Source of the DNA: Ostreococcus tauri
Taxonomy: Eukaryota
Direction of reading: 5' to 3'
Assembly: GCA_000214015.2 (NCBI GenBank)
Contig: CAID01000001.2
Span: forward strand, 775,461 to 791,912
DNA: 16,452 nucleotides
Below, in pieces: positions 1-6,770 of the stretch (position 1 is its first letter; every line of letters starts with the position of its first letter). Both the position numbers and the translations under genes were made by a program. The notes under the pieces are model-generated. The model had not been told where the DNA came from. It worked only from the letters and a program-made list of their open reading frames with translations, and made no database searches.

Positions 1-345
1 GGGGGGGGCGGCGGGGCGGACGAGGACGACGGCCCGGTGAGACCGCGGTCGAGGACGAGCGCGGAGACGTCGCGGGTGCGGTGTGATGGATGTCGGTGCA
101 CGCTGGCGTATCCGGCGGGCGCGGCGGCGGTGCGGTGCGCGGTGTGCGGGACGGTGACGCGGTGCGAGACGGGCGCGGGACGTTTGGACGGCGGACGCGC
201 GGACGACGCGAGCGCCGCTCGAGGTGGTCCCGCGACGACGGCGCTGACGATGGAGAACATGGTGGTGGTGGAGAATCCGCCGACGTTGACGGTGGACGGA
301 CGAGTGGTGACGAACATCGCGGTCGGGGTGAAACTCGACGATTGA
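1..345 (+). CDS. LSD1-type zinc-finger (zf-LSD1 / LOL-like) protein, 3' part only; the 5' end lies upstream of the window
   Basis: Frame 1 is open from base 1 (GGGGGADEDDGPV...), so the GTG 'start' at 37 in the ORF track is an artefact. The sequence contains the zf-LSD1 signature CxxCRxxLxYPxGAxxVRCxxC (RCDGCRCTLAYPAGAAAVRCAVCGTVT). It also has the LSD1/LOL-type C-terminal tail VVVENPPTLTVDGRVVTNIAVGV. Stop codon TGA at 343-345. Confidence 0.75.
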   Translation, partial: GGGGGADEDDGPVRPRSRTSAETSRVRCDGCRCTLAYPAGAAAVRCAVCGTVTRCETGAGRLDGGRADDASAARGGPATTALTMENMVVVENPPTLTVDGRVVTNIAVGVKLDD

Positions 346-576
346 CTCGACGGTCGCGGACGAACGACGCGACGGTCGCGACGCCGACGACATTTAGAGT
401 CGGACGTATCGGATTCAATTTTTGTTGTACAGAACCTGATGGTATCTACTTTACAAGCGCGTGAACGAAGCGCGTGTGAAACGCCGCGCGCGTCTAAAAC
501 GTACCGGCGCCGACGCGTTATCCACATCCACTCGGCGTCGCTATAACTTAATGCGTCGCGTGGGGCGTCCCCACGC

Positions 577-1167
577 TCAGAGTCTCTCGATCTCGGCAAT
601 CCTGAACCCAAGCGAGATGTAATTCGACTCGATGTGTCGTATCGCGTTCGGCATGTCCTCGAACTCTGGTTCGCGATTGAACCGAACCAAGAAATTCATC
701 CGCCAGCGATACAACAGTCTCGCCAAACGCACGTGTTCGAGCACGTGTTCCCCCAAAAACGCCTCGTACGCCGACCCACCCGGCGCGTACGCGCTCGCGT
801 CCATCCCCGCCTCTCGATACCTCCCCGCCGTGATCTTCATCGCGCGCAATCGTTCCCCGAACGCCGGATCCGGCGTCGCCCCTCCCATCCGTCCCGTCGC
901 CAACCACGCCCCTCGATACTCGAACCCATCGCTCTCGCTCGCGCTCAACCACCGATCGACCACGGGTGCGGACCCACGTCCCTCGCTCGCCCCCGCGCGC
1001 CCGTCCTCCGCGCGCGCGTCGTACGTCCACTCGTGTCCGAGTTTTTCCCGATGCGTCGGTCGTCGTCCGCGCGTCGCCCCCGTCGGGCGTCGTCCCCGTC
1101 CGTCGTCCGCGCGCGCGCGCACGCGCGTGGACGTCGAGCGCCCGCGCGCGGGCGCCGTCGAGCGCAT
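577..1167 (-). CDS. Hypothetical protein (196 aa) with an Arg/Ala/Thr-rich N-terminal presequence-like region; family not recognised
   Basis: ATG at 1167-1165 and TGA at 579-577. The C-terminal ~130 aa look like an ordinary globular protein (DRWLSASESDGFEYRGAWLATG...YEAFLGEHVLEHVRLARLLYRWRMNFLVRFNREPEFEDMPNAIRHIESNYISLGFRIAEIERL). This contrasts with the Arg-rich junk in the overlapping frames. Its position also fits the alternating gene layout. Confidence 0.6.
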   Translation of the reverse strand: MRSTAPARGRSTSTRVRARADDGRGRRPTGATRGRRPTHREKLGHEWTYDARAEDGRAGASEGRGSAPVVDRWLSASESDGFEYRGAWLATGRMGGATPDPAFGERLRAMKITAGRYREAGMDASAYAPGGSAYEAFLGEHVLEHVRLARLLYRWRMNFLVRFNREPEFEDMPNAIRHIESNYISLGFRIAEIERL

Positions 1168-1224
1168 GACGCGCGCGGCGAGACGCGACGCGGCGAACGA
1201 CGTCGACGCGCGCGGTGGCCTCGA

Positions 1225-1302
1225 GGTGGATTCGTCTCATACAGTGCGATCGCGGACCTTTTGGGTGGATTCGTCTCATACAGTGCGACCGCGGACCTTT
1301 GT
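1225..1302. repeat. Tandem direct repeat, 2 x 39 bp, in the divergent intergenic region
   Basis: Copy 1 (1225-1263) is GGTGGATTCGTCTCATACAGTGCGATCGCGGACCTTTTG. Copy 2 (1264-1302) is GGTGGATTCGTCTCATACAGTGCGACCGCGGACCTTTGT. They differ by one internal substitution (T/C at repeat position 26) and diverge in the last two bases. Confidence 0.9.
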
Positions 1303-1469
1303 GTGCCGCCCGACGGACGGCGCGACGTCGACGACGCGCGACGCGCGCGCGGCACACGACGCGCGGACGTCGACGAGCGGGGACGAACGTGCGCGCGCGC
1401 GATCGGACGCGGCGCGGCGACGGCGGCGTGAACGGCGACGGTGGACGCGAGGACGTGTCGGGGTGGAGC

Positions 1470-1488
1470 TTTGAAATTTTGAAAATCG
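1470..1488 (+). promoter_or_regulatory. Isolated AT-rich element TTTGAAATTTTGAAAATCG about 87 bp upstream of the SCC3 ATG (candidate core-promoter or TF site)
   Basis: It is the only AT-rich island in a spacer that is otherwise >75% GC. A near-identical motif occurs at 5753-5769 in another divergent promoter. Confidence 0.3.
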
Positions 1489-1574
1489 ACAGACGGGGAA
1501 TCCGTGCGTGAAACGGTGACGCGGTGCCGAGAGCGAGGGCGAGGACGTGGCGCGGAGGCGGGTGAGGGGTACGG

Positions 1575-4500
1575 ATGCCGCCGCGGGCGCGGAAGAGCGG
1601 AGCGTCGGAACCGGTGACGAAGCGAGGAGGGAACGAGAACGCGGATGCGAGCGCGCCGGCGAAAAAGAGCCGAAGCGGAAAGCGAAAGAAGAAGCCGGTG
1701 GTGGAGTCGGAGGCGCTGCGTAATCGAAACGAAAACGCGGGTGCGGTGAGTGATCGAGGCGCGGATGAGGAGGGGGAGGAGGTGAACGGTGATTTGTTTG
1801 ACTTGTTGCGGGTCCAAGGCGCGGCGGTGCTGTTGCTCGCGAACGAGTGGCGGGCGAGGTACAACTCGAGCGATATCACGGCGATCGCCGAGGTGTTCTC
1901 GCTGTTGACCAAAGCGGCGGGATGTACGACGGGCGTGACGGCGATGGAGGTGCAGCGAAGCGACTGCGTGACCATCATGAATCGCGTCATGGAGGACATG
2001 GTGACAGGGAGTCTGTACGGCGAAGATCCGCTCGCAAAGCGTTCGCAAGACTTCAAAGGGTTCCGCGAGAACTTTATGGAGTTTACCGATAAACTCATCA
2101 AAGACACAGCAGAAGGAGAAGAGCTGTTCGACGGTCGGCTGTACGCGTCCGTGGCGGAGATCGTGACCACGTGCGCGCAGTGCAAGGCGCGCCCCATGCG
2201 CGCGGCGGCGACAATGATGGGCTTGCAAATCATCACGAGCTTGATTTCAGTGGTGAACAGCTTGCAAAGCACCCGCGATTTGAAGCAAAACCAGCTGGAT
2301 AATGAAACGAAGAAGAAGAATGGGGTCGATGCTGAAATTGTGAAGAGTTTGAAACGTTCGATTGAAAGCGCTCAGGAGCAAATCGAGCTGGTGGAGAACT
2401 ACATCAACGACATGTTCACCAAGGTGTTCACGCACCGATTCCGCGACACGGACGAGCATATTCGCGCTATGTGCATAGCGTCGCTTGGTAAATGGATGTA
2501 TAAGCACCAGCTCGTGTTTCTTACCGACTTTTACTTGAAGTATCTCGGTTGGAGCCTGAATGACAAGATGCCCGTCGTTCGTTTGGAAGTTTTGAGCGCC
2601 CTCAGAACCTTGGCTTCGAGTCAGTCTCACTTGGCCATGATGGACAGTTTCTTCGCTCGCTTTAGAGATCGCATCGCGGAGATGTTGCGTGATATCGATC
2701 ACCAAGTTGTCGTGGAGGCCATTCGCCTCTCCGCCGTGCTGCACGAACATATCGAGCTGGCACCAGGGCACATGAAGTTTGTCACCACCCTCATAATGGA
2801 CAGGCATCCGTCTATTCGTACCGCCGCGGCTCGGGCGACGAAAACGATCATGCCCGTGCTTAGCGAGACGTATCGCAAGGAGCGCGAGCTTTCGTCCGAT
2901 CATTATGATGCGGCTGAACAGGAGCTTCACGGGATCGCGCAACTCCTGATCGACATCGGCGATGAAAATGGTGGCTACGGCAAGATTATCGATGGTTTGT
3001 TCGGGGTGTACGGCGTGCTGTCCGAACCTGGAACCCTAGTTACGATTCTGAAGGATACGGACATGGAAACGGCCGACGCTGTCATTATTGCGAATATTTT
3101 GGTGTTGGCGATGCGCAAGTCAATGGGCGAAGATGTGTCTAAACCGTTCAGTAAGACGGCCATCAAAATCAGCGCCAAGGCTAGGAACGCGATCGATGCA
3201 GCGCACGAGAAGATCACAAACGAAATCGGCCCGATCATCTCAGAGGCAATGGCGAAATATCAGGCGGAGTCCGGAGTGATTGGTCCGCTCGTCGAAGTGG
3301 TGCACTTCATCAAGCTTGAGCGCTTCGCTTTGAATCATGAAGAAGAACAGTTCACGGCCCTTGCGGAGCAAATTAAGGACATTTTCTTCAAGCACAGCGA
3401 TAAACGCGTGTTGGAGGCGTGTAGTGAGGCTTTCAACTACTTCTGCAATGAAGGCTTCGAGGCGACTGCTCCGTTTGCGCAACCAATTTTGGACAGCACG
3501 ATTCACGATTTGGCTTCTCGAGTTTCAAAGGTGTTGAAGCACGTTCGTGGATTAATGACGAAGGGCGACAAAAACCTTGTGAATGAGGACGAGGGGTACG
3601 CGTTCGAGCTCCGCATGAACTTGAACCGCGTCCGCGCTTTGATCTCGAAGTGTAACATTTCGAGCGGGGTGCACGTAGTGAACGAATTGTCGCAGTTCAT
3701 CTCGGAGGTGGCTCGCTCGCCGATGCCAGCCGGAGAGGAGTCCGTCGCGATGGCGTGCTCTTCGGTGTCGTTTTTCCTCATTTGGCAAGCTCTCGAGCTT
3801 ATGGATAGCGAAACTACGACGGCAACGCGAGTGAACGAACATCTTGCCGAGCGAGACGCCTTTGTCTCCAACATCATGCACATCTTGCGCCGCTCCACCG
3901 ACATGTATCCTGATTCAGACAACCTCAGACGGTCCTTGATTGCGTCCATTTGCGATATGGTTCTGTACTACTACAACGCGAGCACGCTCCCGGCTGCTCA
4001 TCCCGCGCGAAGCTTACAGTTACGCCTTAGTACTGACGACAGCGCGGAGGTTTGGCAGCACACGTCTGCGCTCATCACTCCCGATGACGCGCAAAAAGAT
4101 GCCGATTTGGACTCGGCGCGTTTGGCATACCGCATCTCCATGCACGAAGAGAAAATCGCCGCAAACGGCGCTATCGGCGCAGACTTCTTGTCCAACTTCA
4201 AGATCACCGGACCTTGGGTCGATGCTGCGATTCGTACGTACTGCAACGACTTGCGACGAACTGGCCCCCAAGTGCTCGTGCGCGCCATTCTCACGGCTCT
4301 GCAGAGTGCGTATCACGAAGTGCTCCGAGCAGATCTTGGGAACAGGCAACTTCTTCTCGACGCTTTCGAGGATCTGGCGAAACGGCTGAGCGACATATTT
4401 GCGCTGTCTTCGCGACGTGATCGATTCGTAATTCGCATTCTGTTTGAAGAAGCTGTGGGCTCCATCCTTGTGCCCGAGCCCGTGTACGATCAGTTTTCTT

Positions 4501-4868
4501 TCCTGGCGCGTGGATTAGTACCCTTCCTTCCGAAGCTCTCGGCGGTGGATGGTAAGGCTTTGACGGTCGTCGTTGACAATGCCTTGACGAAAGTGGATAG
4601 CGAAGACGCGCGATCCACTCCTTTGATCGAGTTCTCTGACAAGTTGGCCGCGCGCTCCAAGGGCGCGTCGATGGAACGTCAGCGAAAGCGTGCTCCGTCC
4701 GATCCAGTGGATATTCGATCGCCGTTCAAGGTGTCGAAGACCGTGGATCCAGTAGAGCAGGAAGACGATATCGAAGATGCTGACGAGGGCGAAGCCACGG
4801 CGAATGAGCACACTTTGAATGATGGTCCGGTGGAGGAGAAACCGACTCGCAGCTCTCGACGTCGGTGA
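1575..4868 (+). CDS. SCC3: Cohesin subunit SCC3 / stromal antigen (STAG/SA) homologue, 1097 aa, single exon
   Basis: ATG at 1575 and TGA at 4866-4868. The stromalin conserved domain is clearly recognisable from about nt 2427: FTHRFRDTDEHIRAMCIASLGKWMYKHQLVFLTDFYLKYLGWSLNDKMPVVRLEVLSALRTL, compared with the STAG consensus F.HRYRD..p.IRa.Ci.eLG.W......Fl.d.YLKY.GW.LsDk...VRl..l.aL. The rest is a long HEAT-like helical body with a basic N-terminus and an acidic C-terminus. Confidence 0.9.
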   Translation: MPPRARKSGASEPVTKRGGNENADASAPAKKSRSGKRKKKPVVESEALRNRNENAGAVSDRGADEEGEEVNGDLFDLLRVQGAAVLLLANEWRARYNSSDITAIAEVFSLLTKAAGCTTGVTAMEVQRSDCVTIMNRVMEDMVTGSLYGEDPLAKRSQDFKGFRENFMEFTDKLIKDTAEGEELFDGRLYASVAEIVTTCAQCKARPMRAAATMMGLQIITSLISVVNSLQSTRDLKQNQLDNETKKKNGVDAEIVKSLKRSIESAQEQIELVENYINDMFTKVFTHRFRDTDEHIRAMCIASLGKWMYKHQLVFLTDFYLKYLGWSLNDKMPVVRLEVLSALRTLASSQSHLAMMDSFFARFRDRIAEMLRDIDHQVVVEAIRLSAVLHEHIELAPGHMKFVTTLIMDRHPSIRTAAARATKTIMPVLSETYRKERELSSDHYDAAEQELHGIAQLLIDIGDENGGYGKIIDGLFGVYGVLSEPGTLVTILKDTDMETADAVIIANILVLAMRKSMGEDVSKPFSKTAIKISAKARNAIDAAHEKITNEIGPIISEAMAKYQAESGVIGPLVEVVHFIKLERFALNHEEEQFTALAEQIKDIFFKHSDKRVLEACSEAFNYFCNEGFEATAPFAQPILDSTIHDLASRVSKVLKHVRGLMTKGDKNLVNEDEGYAFELRMNLNRVRALISKCNISSGVHVVNELSQFISEVARSPMPAGEESVAMACSSVSFFLIWQALELMDSETTTATRVNEHLAERDAFVSNIMHILRRSTDMYPDSDNLRRSLIASICDMVLYYYNASTLPAAHPARSLQLRLSTDDSAEVWQHTSALITPDDAQKDADLDSARLAYRISMHEEKIAANGAIGADFLSNFKITGPWVDAAIRTYCNDLRRTGPQVLVRAILTALQSAYHEVLRADLGNRQLLLDAFEDLAKRLSDIFALSSRRDRFVIRILFEEAVGSILVPEPVYDQFSFLARGLVPFLPKLSAVDGKALTVVVDNALTKVDSEDARSTPLIEFSDKLAARSKGASMERQRKRAPSDPVDIRSPFKVSKTVDPVEQEDDIEDADEGEATANEHTLNDGPVEEKPTRSSRRR

Positions 4869-4962
4869 ACGGCCGCGGAAACAGTACTTAGGAAACATGT
4901 ACACGCACACACGATGCATCACATAGAAATGTAGGTTGCTTTTGTTACAAGACGATATGACA

Positions 4963-5676
4963 TCACTTTATGGGTATAGGTTGCAACTCGTGCGCCAATC
5001 GCCTGCGAGTCGCGACGTCACCGCCGGGTGCAAGCTCTCCCGTCGCCGGCGTGTCGCCGCCCGCGGGCGCGTTGATGGCTCTCTCGATCGTTCCCGGGGG
5101 CGCGCGCTGTCTTTGAAGGTCCAATTCACCCATGAGCCTACCGAGCTTTGATAAAGCCTCCTGTAATCGAGCCTGAAGCTCGGGCATCTGCGCCAGATTC
5201 GCGTCCAACTCCTTGCGCAGCGCCTCCATCGCCTCGCCGTCCACGCGCGCTTCGGCTCCGCTCGATCCCGCATCGTCATCCTCCCCCTCCGCGCTCTCCA
5301 CCGGTCGAAGTTCCATCAATCGTTCCGCGTAATTCTTCGCCACCTCACCCGGAACCGTCGCGCGCTGTTCCGCCACGCGCGCGCTCAGTTCCGCAACCTC
5401 CGCCTCGAGCGCGTCCAGCTCCGGATCCGCAATCTCACTCTCGCTCACCTTCCTCGCGCCCGCCTCCGCGCCATCACCTTCACACAAAACATTCGCCCGA
5501 ACGCTCCCCAGGACGCGCTCCGTCATCGCGTACAGGTGTCGCTTCAGCGCTTTCGCGCGCGCCTGGTCCCATCCCGGGTCTCGCTTCGCCGCGTCCAGCG
5601 TCTCGAGCACCGCTTCGCACAGCTTCTCCTCGATCTTCGCCAGCTCCTCTCGGGAGCGCACGCGCACTTTCACCAT
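4963..5676 (-). CDS. Coiled-coil protein (237 aa) with weak resemblance to kinetochore Mis14/NSL1-family proteins
   Basis: The ORF-track start at 5796 is a GTG; the first ATG (MVKVRVRSREEL...) is at 5676-5674, and the stop TGA is at 4965-4963. The protein is helical and acidic with heptad-like segments (DPELDALEAEVAELSARVAEQRATVPGEVAKNY; EAMEALRKELDANLAQMPELQARLQEALSKLGRLMGELD). The first of these resembles, from my memory of the family only, a Mis14/NSL1 block. Confidence 0.6.
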   Translation of the reverse strand: MVKVRVRSREELAKIEEKLCEAVLETLDAAKRDPGWDQARAKALKRHLYAMTERVLGSVRANVLCEGDGAEAGARKVSESEIADPELDALEAEVAELSARVAEQRATVPGEVAKNYAERLMELRPVESAEGEDDDAGSSGAEARVDGEAMEALRKELDANLAQMPELQARLQEALSKLGRLMGELDLQRQRAPPGTIERAINAPAGGDTPATGELAPGGDVATRRRLAHELQPIPIK

Positions 5677-5752
5677 CGCCGCCGCGCGCGATCGACCGCC
5701 GCGAGCTCGACGCGCGTCGCGCCCTCGCGCGCGGCGACGGACGCGCGCGGGG

Positions 5753-5769
5753 ATTTGAATTTGAAATCG
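5753..5769. promoter_or_regulatory. AT-rich element ATTTGAATTTGAAATCG in the divergent spacer between the coiled-coil gene and the DUF4079 gene
   Basis: It shares the core TTTGAA(A)TTT(T)GAAA(A)TCG with 1470-1488. It lies about 77-93 bp from the minus-strand ATG (5676) and about 141 bp from the plus-strand ATG (5910). Confidence 0.3.
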
Positions 5770-5909
5770 TTCCCCTGCGTCTGTCTCCGAGTGCACGAAT
5801 GCGGACTCGTGGTATGAGTCAATGACTCAAGACGGAGAGACACCGATCCGTCGACGTCACCGCGTCGCCCCGACACACCCTCGCGCGCGTTCGAGGGCGC
5901 ACGCGCGAG

Positions 5910-6698
5910 ATGGCCGCGCGCGCGATCGCGGGAACGACGCCGACGCCGCGCGCGCGATGCGCGGCGTCGCGCGCGACGCGCGCGGGACGACGCGCGCGCG
6001 CGATGCGCGACGGTGGCGACGTCATCGAGACGGCGCGCATCGAGGCGGACGGTGACGCGCGCGCGCGCGCGGCGGTGAGCGCGTTGGCGCTCGTCGGTGC
6101 GACGGCGGTGATGCCGGAGGCGGCGCACGCGGCGGGTGGGGCGTACGGGTTGTTCGAGGGCAGAACGTTGGCGCTGTTGCACCCGGCGGGTTTGGCCGGG
6201 TTGTACGGCGTGACGCTCTACGCCGGGTGGCTCGGCTTGCAGTGGCGTAAGGTGCGCACGGTCGGTGACGAGATTTCGGCGTTGAAGAAGACGATGCCGG
6301 CCGACGCCGACGCCGCGGCCGGAAGCGCGGCGGCGAAGCAGATGGACGAGCTCACGGCGACGAGAAAAGAACTCATCGCGGGTAAGTTCAAGGATAAGCA
6401 CGCGAACGCCGGGTACTTGCTCCTCGCCATGGGGGTAACCCTCGCGGTTGAAGGTTGCGTGAACACGTACTTGCGCACCGGTAAGCTCTTCCCGGGCCCG
6501 CACCTCTTTGCGGGCGCGGGGATCACCGTCCTCTGGGCCATGGCGGCCGGTTTAGTGCCGGAGATGGAGAAGGGCAACCAAAAGGCGCGCGATTTGCACA
6601 TCGCGTTGAACTGCGTCAACGTTGCCCTCTTTACCTGGCAAATTCCCACCGGTTTGGAGATTGTTGGCAAGGTTTTCCAGTTCACTTCTTGGCCGTAG
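5910..6698 (+). CDS. DUF4079-family membrane protein (cyanobacterial/plastid lineage), probably chloroplast-targeted
   Basis: ATG at 5910 and TAG at 6696-6698. An Arg/Ala-rich N-terminus is followed by the DUF4079 blocks: LHPAGLAGLYGVTLYAGWLGLQWRK, GKFKDKHANAGYLLLAMGVTLAVEG, TGKLFPGPHLFAGAGITVLWAMAAGLVP, and GNQKARDLHIALNCVNVALFTWQIPTGLEIVGKV. Confidence 0.85.
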   Translation: MAARAIAGTTPTPRARCAASRATRAGRRARAMRDGGDVIETARIEADGDARARAAVSALALVGATAVMPEAAHAAGGAYGLFEGRTLALLHPAGLAGLYGVTLYAGWLGLQWRKVRTVGDEISALKKTMPADADAAAGSAAAKQMDELTATRKELIAGKFKDKHANAGYLLLAMGVTLAVEGCVNTYLRTGKLFPGPHLFAGAGITVLWAMAAGLVPEMEKGNQKARDLHIALNCVNVALFTWQIPTGLEIVGKVFQFTSWP

Positions 6699-6770
6699 GC
6701 GACGCATAGAGCAGTGAACCTCGTGCTTCTAATTCATTTGTTTCCAAACTACAACTGCTAGTGCGCCTAA

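Noticed and set aside
1225-1302. A CRISPR-like or HIP1-like interpretation of the tandem repeat (it contains GCGATCGC).
   Set aside because: There are only two directly abutting copies with no spacers, the context is eukaryotic, and a single GCGATCGC occurrence is unremarkable in CG-rich DNA.
1215-1511. A 98-aa ORF spanning the 39-bp tandem repeat (it translates to WIRLIQCDRGP twice).
   Set aside because: It has a GTG start and an Arg-rich remainder, and it lies wholly inside a divergent promoter. The repeat is better explained at the DNA level.
548-2272. A 574-aa minus-strand ORF, together with the overlapping 945-2228 (-), 632-1474 (+) and 634-1431 (+) ORFs.
   Set aside because: These are Arg/Ala/Pro/Ser-rich low-complexity translations typical of stop-poor GC-rich DNA. 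They run antisense or out of frame through the SCC3 5' end, the 577-1167 gene and the promoter, and they contain no recognisable domain.
5148-6503. ORFs 5148-5825 (+, 225 aa), 5670-6503 (-, 277 aa), 5819-6040 (-) and 5822-6055 (+).
   Set aside because: They are antisense or out of frame relative to the coiled-coil and DUF4079 genes or lie within the promoter. Their composition is Pro/Arg-rich, and they are explained by the scarcity of stop codons.
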